DNA from: an uncultured Candidatus Saccharibacteria bacterium
GTDB taxonomy: Bacteria > Patescibacteriota > 4484-211 > JAGQKX01
DNA length: 62,633 nt
Direction of reading: 5' to 3'
NCBI GenBank assembly: GCA_964597265.1
Contig: CAZQWJ010000002.1
Location: 12,250 to 74,882, forward strand
Below are positions 19,899 to 28,506 of this stretch, in pieces; within the stretch, counting starts at the first letter, position 1, and each line of letters starts with the position of its first letter. The notes under the pieces were generated by a model. It had not been told where the DNA came from. It saw nothing but the letters and a program-made list of their open reading frames with translations, and searched no databases. The position numbers were made by a program, and so were the translations under genes.

Positions 19899-20363
19899 TT
19901 ATTCTTGCGCAGCTTCCTTTTGGAAAACAGCTACCTGTAATATAACTTCGCTATTTGGTCCTCCTGGTATAGCTCCGCTGACGTAGATCAGACGGTCTTC
20001 TGGCGCTATGTGTACAATACGCAGACCTTTCACTGTCACCTTCTCATGCCCCATGCGTCCGGGCATTTTCTTTCCTTTCCATACTTTTCCTGGAAATGTG
20101 CCAGCTCCGATCGATCCAACCGCTCGGTGGCGATCACTCTGGCCTCGAGTTTTGGGACCCCCAGCAAAACTATACCGCTTGACCGCACCGGCAAATCCCT
20201 TTCCTTTTGACGTGCCGGTTACTGTCACTGGTGAACCGGTCGCTAACTCATCCCACGCAGTGTCTGCATCAACTAATACGGTAGTCACCGGAACCACTGT
20301 TCCGTCTGCCGCAAACACTTGTGTCATTTTTTTCTTCAGGCCACGAATCTTTTTTCCTTCCAT
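19899..20363 (-). CDS. rplC: 50S ribosomal protein L3, unusually short (about 154 aa)
   Basis: Start set to the ATG at 20363 (MEGKKIRGLKKKMTQVF). The ORF-track start 20384 is a GTG inside a hairpin. L3 blocks VTGTSKGKGFAG, GSIGAGTFPGKVWKGKKMPGRMG and VTV are present. Confidence 0.9.
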   Translation of the reverse strand: MEGKKIRGLKKKMTQVFAADGTVVPVTTVLVDADTAWDELATGSPVTVTGTSKGKGFAGAVKRYSFAGGPKTRGQSDRHRAVGSIGAGTFPGKVWKGKKMPGRMGHEKVTVKGLRIVHIAPEDRLIYVSGAIPGGPNSEVILQVAVFQKEAAQE

Positions 20364-20365
20364 AT

Positions 20366-20396
20366 AAAGCAAAACACGGGGCACTTACCCCGCGTT
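20366..20396 (-). terminator. Terminator-like hairpin plus U-rich tail abutting the rplC start codon (possible attenuator)
   Basis: Minus-strand RNA AACGCGGGG-UAAGUG-CCCCGUGUU forms 9 bp including one G-U, followed by UUGCUUUAU and then the AUG at 20363. Confidence 0.5.
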
Positions 20397-20525
20397 CCCT
20401 TGATGTTACATCAGAGGTTGCGTGCAAATAAGGCCCTGCAACATTAATGTGTTAGGTTAATTACCTGTGACACAATCATTAGCTGGACGCAATTGTAGCA
20501 GACAGTCTCTCAATTAGCAAGGGAA

Positions 20526-21248
20526 TCAGTAGAGCGGATATTTTTCTCCCGCGAGGGTTGTTTTGATATATTTTTCAGGATCGAATGTGATGGAAAAAAC
20601 GTTATCCAAAATAACTCGAGCAATATAGGCATTTCCTAACTGATTAGGATGCCAAAAGTCCAAATCTCCTTTTTTGATACCCGCTTCAAGAATCTCTTCG
20701 GAAGCAAATGTATATATCCGCTCGTGTGGAAAGCTTTGTGATAGTTCGAACAGGTTTATATGCTGATCGTCAAGAAAATTAATGTCTTCGGCAACGTCAA
20801 CATATGGTGCATACTGTTGCGCTGCGGTTTCATCCCACGGGCAATTATCGGTAGAATAAACAAACAAGGATCCCGAACGTTCTACTGTATCTTTTATGTG
20901 TCTGATGTTTTCGATATGCTCATCAACGGAAATGCTCAATATAGAGTCATTTGCCCCAATCATTGCAATGGTCAAATCCGCCTGTATGTGCAAAACATCA
21001 GGCAGCTTTGCCCGAATATCCGCTGTGGTTGCCCCATCGTACGCAAAGTTAAAACACCGTATACCCCAACTTGGTGTTTTCCAATCCTTCCCCTTTTGAC
21101 ACTCCTGTTTTAAAACATACTCAACAATCTCCCTCCAATTAGGATGTACCCACTCACAGCTGGTTATCGAGTCGCCAGTGAACACTATCCAAAACCGACC
21201 TTTAGTTGTCAAACTATGAACAATATCCTGAGGCTGTAATATCGGCAT
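20526..21248 (-). CDS. SGNH/GDSL-family hydrolase
   Basis: 240 aa with block I FTGDSIT, block III GANDS and block V DFWHPN. Confidence 0.75.
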   Translation of the reverse strand: MPILQPQDIVHSLTTKGRFWIVFTGDSITSCEWVHPNWREIVEYVLKQECQKGKDWKTPSWGIRCFNFAYDGATTADIRAKLPDVLHIQADLTIAMIGANDSILSISVDEHIENIRHIKDTVERSGSLFVYSTDNCPWDETAAQQYAPYVDVAEDINFLDDQHINLFELSQSFPHERIYTFASEEILEAGIKKGDLDFWHPNQLGNAYIARVILDNVFSITFDPEKYIKTTLAGEKYPLY

Positions 21249-21268
21249 AATATTAATTCTAGTGTAAC

Positions 21269-22723
21269 TTAATCAGTCAGTTGCATCAATTTCCCGTCCG
21301 TTATAGTGACGACTCTGTCCACTCCCACCTGCTCTACAAAATAGCGATCGTGTGATACCAAAAGCAGAGCACCTTGGTAGTTTTGGAGCGATGTTTCTAT
21401 AGCTTGCTTAGTCCAGATATCAAGGTGATTGGTCGGTTCGTCCAAAAATAACAAGTCAAGTTCTTGCTGTGCGAACACTGCAAATGCTAGCCGCGCACGC
21501 TCTCCTGGACTCAACGAACCAATCCTTCGAGAAAAATAATCAACAGGGAACAGGTATTTTTTGAGCACACCCGGGAGGCGGTTTTCGGTTACCGTGGTAT
21601 GTTTGACAAAAAACTCCTTTACGGTCGCATCAAACGGCAGATGCTCCTGATTCTGCCGAAAATATCCCCAACGAACCGATTGGCCTATCTCTACCGTCCC
21701 AGAAGAAGGCGCAGATGTTCCGGTAATAATGTTTAGGAGCGTTGATTTACCTACGCCGTTAGGGCCAAATAGCCATAGTCGCTCTTTGCCGCGCATTTCA
21801 AAACTAACCGTATCAAGTACCTTATGTGTGTCATAGGCCTGTGAGATGTTTTGTAACCTAAGCATGAGTTTTCCCGTATGGGACATACCACGAAAATCCA
21901 CATCCGTAACCGTATCTCTTCGGTATTGGCTGACCTCCGAACGCAGCACCTCACGCTCCATGCGCTTTTTTGCTGATCTGACAGCCCTACCTCGTGCTTT
22001 GCCGTCCTTGATTCTTCGAGAGTTTTCTATCAACCTCTCCAGTTGTCCTCGTTTTTTCTCTTGACGTTTGTACTCTTTGCGTCGCTCTTCTACCCAATGC
22101 TCTTTTTGCATCACGTAATCCGTGTACCCTCCGACAAAAACGTGTAACTTTTTTTCATCAATTTCAAAAATGCGTGTTACGGTATTATCCAAAAACGACC
22201 GATCGTGCGACACCATGAAAACAATGCCATCAAACTCTTTGATGAATTGTTCCATCCACAAGATTCCGTCGATGTCCAGGTGATTGGTTGGCTCGTCCAT
22301 GATGAGGATAGTTGGTTGCTGCAAAAGCAATTCTGCGATTTTGACCTTCATCTTCTGACCGCTACTCAGCTTGCCAACATCAGTGTCGAGATTGACATCA
22401 TCAAAGTCAAACCGTGATACATTTTTTTCAAACAGATAATAATCGGCGTTTAGTGATGCTGCTATCTGCCTGCCGTATTCACGAACTTCAATACCCGAAG
22501 GAAATTCAAAGAGTTGTGGCAGATACGCTATGGTTTCATCTTGAATGGTAACGTACCCACGATCATATGGCTCTTCGCCGGTTATGAGGCGAAATAAAGT
22601 TGTTTTGCCGCAGCCATTTTGGCCGATCAGGCCAACCTTTTCTTTGTTTCCCAAGACAAAGGTGATGTCTTCCAACAACAGTCCGCTGGGTATTTCCTTG
22701 TGTACATGCGAAAAACTGATCAT
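21269..22723 (-). CDS. ABC-F family ATPase (two ABC domains joined by a basic linker, no TM domain)
   Basis: Walker A GQNGCGKT / GPNGVGKS; signatures LSSGQ / LSPGE; Walker B ILIMDEPTNHLD / LLFLDEPTNHLD; roughly 70-aa Arg/Lys-rich interdomain linker. Start set to Met-17 (22723) because the ATG at 22771 sits in the loop of a terminator hairpin. Confidence 0.85.
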   Translation of the reverse strand: MISFSHVHKEIPSGLLLEDITFVLGNKEKVGLIGQNGCGKTTLFRLITGEEPYDRGYVTIQDETIAYLPQLFEFPSGIEVREYGRQIAASLNADYYLFEKNVSRFDFDDVNLDTDVGKLSSGQKMKVKIAELLLQQPTILIMDEPTNHLDIDGILWMEQFIKEFDGIVFMVSHDRSFLDNTVTRIFEIDEKKLHVFVGGYTDYVMQKEHWVEERRKEYKRQEKKRGQLERLIENSRRIKDGKARGRAVRSAKKRMEREVLRSEVSQYRRDTVTDVDFRGMSHTGKLMLRLQNISQAYDTHKVLDTVSFEMRGKERLWLFGPNGVGKSTLLNIITGTSAPSSGTVEIGQSVRWGYFRQNQEHLPFDATVKEFFVKHTTVTENRLPGVLKKYLFPVDYFSRRIGSLSPGERARLAFAVFAQQELDLLFLDEPTNHLDIWTKQAIETSLQNYQGALLLVSHDRYFVEQVGVDRVVTITDGKLMQLTD

Positions 22724-22730
22724 GCCTGCA

Positions 22731-22739
22731 ATACTATCA
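22731..22739 (-). promoter_or_regulatory. Candidate extended -10 promoter (TGATAGTAT) 7 nt upstream of the ABC-F ATG
   Basis: Minus strand reads TGATAGTAT-tgcaggc-ATG. It lies downstream of the 22752-22788 terminator. Confidence 0.4.
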
Positions 22740-22751
22740 AAAAGATTCCCC

Positions 22752-22788
22752 AAAAGAAAACGGTTCGACATACAATCGAACCGTTTTC
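22752..22788 (-). terminator. Rho-independent terminator after the surface-protein gene
   Basis: Perfect 13-bp stem GAAAACGGUUCGA / UCGAACCGUUUUC (22776-22788 and 22756-22768) with a 7-nt loop, followed by UUUU on the minus strand. Confidence 0.7.
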
Positions 22789-22816
22789 ATAGCACAAAAT
22801 CATTCTACAACTCTGA

Positions 22817-23635
22817 CTAAAAGAACAACGACACCATTAACAGCCGCAGTAATGTGAATACCTGCCGCACCACCGCGACTAATAGACCAATCAATCCCAT
22901 TACCCCTCCTCCGCTATCAGGAGGACTTGGGATCGGAGTAACAACCACTGTTGGTGTCGGCTGCGGTGTTGGTGTCGGCGTCGGTTGTGGCTGTTGCGTT
23001 GGCGTTGGTGTCACAACCGTTGTCGGTGTAGGCGATGGCGTTACAACCGTAGTTGGCGTGGGTGTCGGAGTTGGCTGCCCACCCCCGCCAGAAGCAGTGC
23101 CGCTAACACGTACATCATCCACATACACAATGTCGCCCGTGCCGGTAATGGTTGCCACAAATCTGATACCAAACGCCGGCTGATTATCAGCAAGCGCACC
23201 CGGCAAAACTACATGCTCAATCCACTCCTCGCCACCTTCCTCGACCGGAGTACGATCATCACCATCTATGACTGCACCAGTATGCCAGGTACTACCGTCG
23301 ACCGACCACTGCATCTCCAAAAGATCCTGGGCATCCCATCCAGCATTGGTATCATGCCAAAATGTTACAACCACATCCGTGTGCCCAACAGTAGATACAT
23401 TCCTTTGCATGATCGCACCTTCGGTATTGCCAGCAACTCGCGCTTTGCGTGTACCAGAATGGGCATTGGAAACGCTGTTTGTCCAGGTTCCTTCCGGTTG
23501 TACGACCCACGCATCAAGCGTGGCATCTTCAAAATCGTCTTCAAACAACGTGACTGATTGTGCATGCACAGCATACGGTACACATAACACCAATGTAATT
23601 AACCCGCCTAGGATATAGCTCGTATATCTGTTCAT
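22817..23635 (-). CDS. Secreted or surface protein: signal peptide, beta-sandwich-like domain, Pro/Thr linker, C-terminal hydrophobic anchor
   Basis: Start set to Met-21 (MNRYTSYILGGLITLVLCVPYAVHA), preceded by SD GGGGGTGA. The PT-rich segment is followed by VMGLIGLLVAVV...LFF. Confidence 0.7.
   Translation of the reverse strand: MNRYTSYILGGLITLVLCVPYAVHAQSVTLFEDDFEDATLDAWVVQPEGTWTNSVSNAHSGTRKARVAGNTEGAIMQRNVSTVGHTDVVVTFWHDTNAGWDAQDLLEMQWSVDGSTWHTGAVIDGDDRTPVEEGGEEWIEHVVLPGALADNQPAFGIRFVATITGTGDIVYVDDVRVSGTASGGGGQPTPTPTPTTVVTPSPTPTTVVTPTPTQQPQPTPTPTPQPTPTVVVTPIPSPPDSGGGVMGLIGLLVAVVRQVFTLLRLLMVSLFF
22922..23077 (-). repeat. Low-complexity coding repeat (Pro/Thr linker with repeated TPTTVVTP units)
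   Basis: Translation QPTPTPTPTTVVTPSPTPTTVVTPTPTQQPQPTPTPTPQPTPTVVVTPIPSP. The DNA shows degenerate ggtgt/ggcgt tandem units. Confidence 0.8.
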
Positions 23636-23719
23636 TACTATCTCACCCCCTTTCCGATATATAGAAATATATACCAACATCGGATAAGATAACAACGGCT
23701 AAATTATACGGAAGGGATA

Positions 23720-24028
23720 TTACATTTTGATCTCCACAGAAACACCAGCAGGAAGGTCCAAATTGGAAAGCTGGTCTAAGGTCTGAGCAGTTGGTTCATG
23801 AATATCTACAATACGCTTATGCGTGAGGCGTTCAAAACTCTCTTGGCTACGTTTGTCTATATGCGGACCCTTGAGCACAGTAAATAATTCCCGCTTAGTG
23901 GGAAGTGGGATTGGACCAACAACCTGGGCGCCTGTTCGTAGTGCTGTTTCCACAATCTCCATAGCCGCCTGATCCAATACTTTGTAATCAAAACTCTTTA
24001 AACGTACTCTAATACGTCCTTTTGGCAT
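23720..24028 (-). CDS. rpsJ: 30S ribosomal protein S10
   Basis: 102 aa with [10 protein letters not shown] and [21 protein letters not shown]. Confidence 0.95.
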   Translation of the reverse strand: MPKGRIRVRLKSFDYKVLDQAAMEIVETALRTGAQVVGPIPLPTKRELFTVLKGPHIDKRSQESFERLTHKRIVDIHEPTAQTLDQLSNLDLPAGVSVEIKM

Positions 24029-24079
24029 ATAGACAACAAGATCAAGTACCCAAACTTAACCTTTATTTGACTGTTAAGA

Positions 24080-24088
24080 ATATTACCA
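24080..24088 (-). promoter_or_regulatory. Candidate extended -10 promoter (TGGTAATAT) for rpsJ
   Basis: Read on the minus strand about 50 nt upstream of the rpsJ ATG. No good -35 element. Confidence 0.3.
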
Positions 24089-24134
24089 CACGTGTCAAAT
24101 TTTAGCCGTATGTGTGGTGTTTTCGTACCCTTTG

Positions 24135-24172
24135 GTGGAGTTGTTAGATATGAAAACTTTCAACAACTCCAC
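24135..24172 (-). other. 11-bp perfect stem-loop downstream of tuf (no U tract)
   Basis: gtggagttgtt-(16 nt)-aacaactccac lies 35 nt after the tuf stop. It could be a terminator or a processing site. Confidence 0.35.
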
Positions 24173-24206
24173 GCAAGGATGCGGGAGTCCCAAAGTCAGC
24201 AACGAA

Positions 24207-25394
24207 TTAACTGACAACCTTGGTTACTACTCCTGCGCCAACGGTGTGACCTCCTTCTCGAATGGCGAAGCGAAGACCTTCGTCCATAGCTACTGGCTGA
24301 ATTAGTTTCACTTTGAAGGTCACGTTATCTCCTGGCATTACCATCTCAGTACCCTCGGCGAGTGTCACCTCTCCGGTTACATCGGTAGTACGCAGGTAGA
24401 ATTGCGGGCGATATCCACCAAAAAATGGTGTGTGTCGTCCTCCTTCTTCTTGCTTCAGGATATATACTTCAGCCTCAAACTCAGTATGAGGCTTGATCGA
24501 ACCAGGAGCTGCCAATACTTGACCGCGCTGGATATCTTTTGTTTCCACGCCCCGGAGCAAAATACCAACATTATCTCCTGCTTGTCCTTCATCAAGAGTC
24601 TTTCGGAACATCTCAACACCGGTAACTACTGTTTTCTTGATCTCATCAACAATACCAACGATTTCGATTTCTTCTCCGACCTTGACAACGCCGGTATCAA
24701 TACGACCAGTGGCAACTGTTCCTCGGCCAGCGATAGAGAAAACGTCCTCAACAGGCATGAGGAATGGTTTATCAACCTCCCGAACAGGAATGTCAATATA
24801 TTCATCCACAGCTTTCATGAGGTCTTTGATGCTTTGTATAGCATCAGCATCCCCTTCAATGGCCTTCAAGGCTGACCCGCGAATGATTGGGACATCATCA
24901 CCTGGATACTCATACTTACTCAAGAGTTCGCGGACTTCGACTTCTACGAGATCCGCTAACTCAACATCATCAACCATATCCATTTTGTTCATAAAGACAA
25001 CGATCTTTGGTACATTTACCTGTCGTGCCAGTAGAATGTGTTCACGAGTCTGAGGCATTGGACCATCAGCCGCAGAAACTACCAAGATAGCACCATCCAT
25101 TTGTGCTGCACCGGTGATCATGTTCTTGATGTAGTCTTCGTGACCAGGAGCGTCAACGTGTGCATAGTGACGACTCTCTGTGGTGTATTCGACGTGAGTA
25201 ATATTGATGGTAATACCACGTTCACGCTCTTCAGGAGCTTTGTCAATGTTCTCAAACGGAACAAACTCCGAAAGCCCTTCATCCGCTAACACTTTTGTAA
25301 TAGCCGCGGTTAAGGTTGTTTTACCGTGGTCAACGTGTCCGATTGTTCCAATATTGACGTGCGGTTTTTCACGAGAAAAGACTTCTTTTGACAT
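24207..25394 (-). CDS. tuf: Elongation factor Tu
   Basis: 395 aa with [22 protein letters not shown]. Confidence 0.97.
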   Translation of the reverse strand: MSKEVFSREKPHVNIGTIGHVDHGKTTLTAAITKVLADEGLSEFVPFENIDKAPEERERGITINITHVEYTTESRHYAHVDAPGHEDYIKNMITGAAQMDGAILVVSAADGPMPQTREHILLARQVNVPKIVVFMNKMDMVDDVELADLVEVEVRELLSKYEYPGDDVPIIRGSALKAIEGDADAIQSIKDLMKAVDEYIDIPVREVDKPFLMPVEDVFSIAGRGTVATGRIDTGVVKVGEEIEIVGIVDEIKKTVVTGVEMFRKTLDEGQAGDNVGILLRGVETKDIQRGQVLAAPGSIKPHTEFEAEVYILKQEEGGRHTPFFGGYRPQFYLRTTDVTGEVTLAEGTEMVMPGDNVTFKVKLIQPVAMDEGLRFAIREGGHTVGAGVVTKVVS

Positions 25395-25459
25395 ATTTTC
25401 ACCACCTTTCCAAGATATACTAAAAATACTATTTTTTAGATACTACCAACAGGATTATA

Positions 25460-27568
25460 CTATGATTCATTCGTTTTACTATCTGTAACGCCTGAAATTA
25501 CTTTTTCGGCGATATTAGCCGGCACTTCTTGATAATGGGACGGCGTCATACTAAAGCTGGCACGGCCCTGCGTCATACTTCGTAGAGATGTTGCATATCC
25601 AAACATTTCTGCCAAAGGAACCTTTGCATCTATAATCTGCGCATTGCCTCGCGGGGTGCTTTGTTCGACCTGACCTCGCTTGCTACCCAGATCCCCAATT
25701 ACATCTCCCATAAACTCCTCAGGGGTAACGACTTCTAAGTTCATAATTGGCTCCAACAGGACTGGCTTGGCAGCACGTGCTGCTTCTCGTACCGCCATGG
25801 AACCGGCGATTTTAAAGGCAATTTCAGAAGAGTCAACATCATGATACGACCCATCGAACAACGTTACTTTGATATCAGTCAGCGGATAGCCAGCCAAAAC
25901 ACCGTTGTCAAACGCCTCATTTACACCTTTCTCTACAGGCGGTATAAATTCGTTGGGAATCGCACCTCCCTTGATAGCATTTACAAACTCTCTGCCACTT
26001 CCGCGTTCCAAAGGCTCTATCTTAATGACAACATGCCCATACTGTCCACGTCCACCAGACTGTTTGATGTATTTACCTTCATGCTTGTCGATGGTAGCTG
26101 CGATGGTTTCGCGGTATGCTACCTGTGGACGACCGACATTGACATCGACACCAAACTCTCGCTTCAAACGATCTACCATAATCTCCAAGTGTAATTCGCC
26201 CATACCCGAGATGAGGACCTGGCCCGTCTCCTCGTCGGTTTTCAGAACAAAGGTTGGGTCTTCTTCTTGTAGTTTGCGGAGTGCTTCACCGAGTTTGTCA
26301 CGATCAGCTTTTGCCCTTGGCTCAATAGACAATGAGATAACCGGTTCAGGAAAAGTAATCTCACCCAACGCTACAGGCATATCCGCAGCACTAATTGTAT
26401 TTCCTGTTGCAGCATCTTTCAGCCCAACTGCAGCAACAATCTCCCCTGCGGAAACGTCCTTTACCTCCTCACGCTGGTTGGCGTGCATGAGTACAATACG
26501 TCCCAATCGCTGTTTATCGTTCTTGTTAACATTCATAATGGTATCGCCAGTAGTAGCTTTACCAGAATACACACGGAAATAGGCCAGCCGTCCAACATAT
26601 GGATCAGTTTGAACTTTGAAGACGAGTGCACAAAATGGCTCATTTTCCTCCGGAAGTAACTCAACTTCTTCACCAGTCACAATATTGGTACCTCTTACAG
26701 CGGGCACATCCGCTGGAGAAGGCAAATACCAGACAACTGCGTCCAACATGGGCTGCACGCCTTTATTTTTGAGTGAAGATCCACACAAGACTGGCACAAT
26801 AGCATTGTTAATGACACCTTTTCGCAAACCTGCCCGTAGCTCCTCAAGAGAAGGTTCTTCTCCTCCTAGATATTTTTCCAGCAAGGCATCGTCCTGCTCC
26901 GCGATCTTTTCGACCAGCGCTTCACGCAATGCTTCAACCTGCTCTTGCATATCAGCAGGAACATCTTCCTCTCTAAATGTTGCCCCCAAGGCCTCGTCTT
27001 CCCAAATAATTGCTTTGCGGGTTAACAGATCGACGAGACCGACAAATGCTGATTCTGCCCCGATGGGGATGTTGTATGCTACAGCCGGAACTCCCAGCCG
27101 TTCTCGGATTTCTTCCAAGGTTCTAAAATAATCAGCACCCAATTTATCCATTTTATTCACAAACAAAATGCGGGAAACGTTGTATTTATCAGCTTGGCGA
27201 GAGACGGTTTCAGTCTGGGACTGCACACCCTCCTCAGCGTCAAACACCATAACCGCCCCGTCTAAGACACGCAAAGAACGTTCGACTTCGGCGGTAAAAT
27301 CCAAGTGGCCAGGTGTGTCGATAATATTGACGCGATGATCCAACCAAAAAGCAGTTGTAGCAGCCGACTGAATCGTGATCCCCCGTTCTCGCTCTTGCTC
27401 CATCCAGTCCATTGTCGCTTCACCTTCGTGCACTTCTCCAATTTTGTACGTCCGACCAGTGTAGTACAGCACACGTTCCGTGGTCGTTGTCTTGCCAGCG
27501 TCAATATGGGCAATAATACCGATATTGCGGATCTTTTCAATTGGGTAGTGTTTTGTTTCGTTTACCAT
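25460..27568 (-). CDS. fusA: Elongation factor G
   Basis: 702 aa with [31 protein letters not shown] overlap with the rpsG stop. Confidence 0.97.
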   Translation of the reverse strand: MVNETKHYPIEKIRNIGIIAHIDAGKTTTTERVLYYTGRTYKIGEVHEGEATMDWMEQERERGITIQSAATTAFWLDHRVNIIDTPGHLDFTAEVERSLRVLDGAVMVFDAEEGVQSQTETVSRQADKYNVSRILFVNKMDKLGADYFRTLEEIRERLGVPAVAYNIPIGAESAFVGLVDLLTRKAIIWEDEALGATFREEDVPADMQEQVEALREALVEKIAEQDDALLEKYLGGEEPSLEELRAGLRKGVINNAIVPVLCGSSLKNKGVQPMLDAVVWYLPSPADVPAVRGTNIVTGEEVELLPEENEPFCALVFKVQTDPYVGRLAYFRVYSGKATTGDTIMNVNKNDKQRLGRIVLMHANQREEVKDVSAGEIVAAVGLKDAATGNTISAADMPVALGEITFPEPVISLSIEPRAKADRDKLGEALRKLQEEDPTFVLKTDEETGQVLISGMGELHLEIMVDRLKREFGVDVNVGRPQVAYRETIAATIDKHEGKYIKQSGGRGQYGHVVIKIEPLERGSGREFVNAIKGGAIPNEFIPPVEKGVNEAFDNGVLAGYPLTDIKVTLFDGSYHDVDSSEIAFKIAGSMAVREAARAAKPVLLEPIMNLEVVTPEEFMGDVIGDLGSKRGQVEQSTPRGNAQIIDAKVPLAEMFGYATSLRSMTQGRASFSMTPSHYQEVPANIAEKVISGVTDSKTNES

Positions 27569-28029
27569 TTGAAATGAGCAAATGCGCGATTGGCTTCGGC
27601 CATCTTATGAACGTTTTGCTTTGTTTTCATAGCTTCTCCTTCTTCGTTATACGCAGCTACAATCTCATCCGCCAGCAAACTTGCCATATCTGTACCTTTA
27701 CGAGTGCGTGCGGCTGCGATAATCCAACGCATGGCTAACATCTCTTTTCGCTCAATTCGGACTGGTACAGGGATCTGATACGTAGCGCCACCAACGCGTC
27801 GGGCACGTACTTCTATGGTGGGGGCCACATTGCGCAGAGCTTGTTCAAACACGTTCAATGGTTCGCCTCCTACTCTCTCCGCCGCCTGATCCAATGCGGT
27901 GTATACGAGTCGTTCTGCCAACGCCTTCTTGCCATCGAGCATAACATGGTTGATAAACTTATACAGCTGCTCTGAATTATATTTGGCGTCTGCTTTTATT
28001 GCTTGTCGTTTAAATTTTGCTGTTCTCAT
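27562..28029 (-). CDS. rpsG: 30S ribosomal protein S7
   Basis: 155 aa with [10 protein letters not shown] and C-terminal AFAHFKW. Confidence 0.95.
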   Translation of the reverse strand: MRTAKFKRQAIKADAKYNSEQLYKFINHVMLDGKKALAERLVYTALDQAAERVGGEPLNVFEQALRNVAPTIEVRARRVGGATYQIPVPVRIERKEMLAMRWIIAAARTRKGTDMASLLADEIVAAYNEEGEAMKTKQNVHKMAEANRAFAHFKW

Positions 28030-28031
28030 AA

Positions 28032-28445
28032 TTATTTCTTGGGCCGCTTACTTCCATACTTACTGCGGCTAGTAGTACGCTTTTCCACTCCGGCGCTATC
28101 CAACGCACCACGGACAATGTGATATTTCACGCCGGGAAGGTCTTTGACACGACCTCCTCGCACAAGGACAACACTGTGCTCTTGCAGATTGTGTCCCTCA
28201 CCTTGGATATATGCAGTAATTTCTTTTCGGTTGCTCAACCGTACACGAGCGACTTTGCGCAACGCGGAGTTTGGCTTTTTGGGAGTCATCGTCTTTACTG
28301 CAATACAAACACCTCGCCTAAAAGGGTTACGGGTAGGTACCACCTGTCGTTGCAAGGAATTCCACGTTCCTCGTAACGCAGTAGATTTGATCTTCTTCAG
28401 TTTTTGCGTTCGTCCACGACGAACTAATTGGTTTATTGTAGGCAT
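28032..28445 (-). CDS. rpsL: 30S ribosomal protein S12
   Basis: 137 aa with [26 protein letters not shown]. Confidence 0.95.
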   Translation of the reverse strand: MPTINQLVRRGRTQKLKKIKSTALRGTWNSLQRQVVPTRNPFRRGVCIAVKTMTPKKPNSALRKVARVRLSNRKEITAYIQGEGHNLQEHSVVLVRGGRVKDLPGVKYHIVRGALDSAGVEKRTTSRSKYGSKRPKK

Positions 28446-28506
28446 AATCTTCTATGAAGCTTGTTCGGCTTTGAATGATAAACGATACAGGCCGAGGTTT
28501 CAACAG

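Noticed and set aside
19244-19945. A 233-aa plus-strand ORF that fully overlaps rplD in antisense.
   Set aside because: It lies opposite a highly conserved ribosomal protein gene. The translation is low-complexity with no motifs, SD or promoter. Long antisense ORFs are expected opposite strongly codon-biased genes.
20364-20384. A GTG-initiated 7-codon extension of rplC.
   Set aside because: The GTG lies inside the loop of the terminator-like hairpin. The ATG at 20363 gives the conserved L3 N-terminus.
22922-23077. Tandem degenerate repeats that could be mistaken for a repeat array or CRISPR.
   Set aside because: The units are short, in-frame, and translate to a Pro/Thr linker inside a clear secreted-protein ORF. 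There are no unique spacers.
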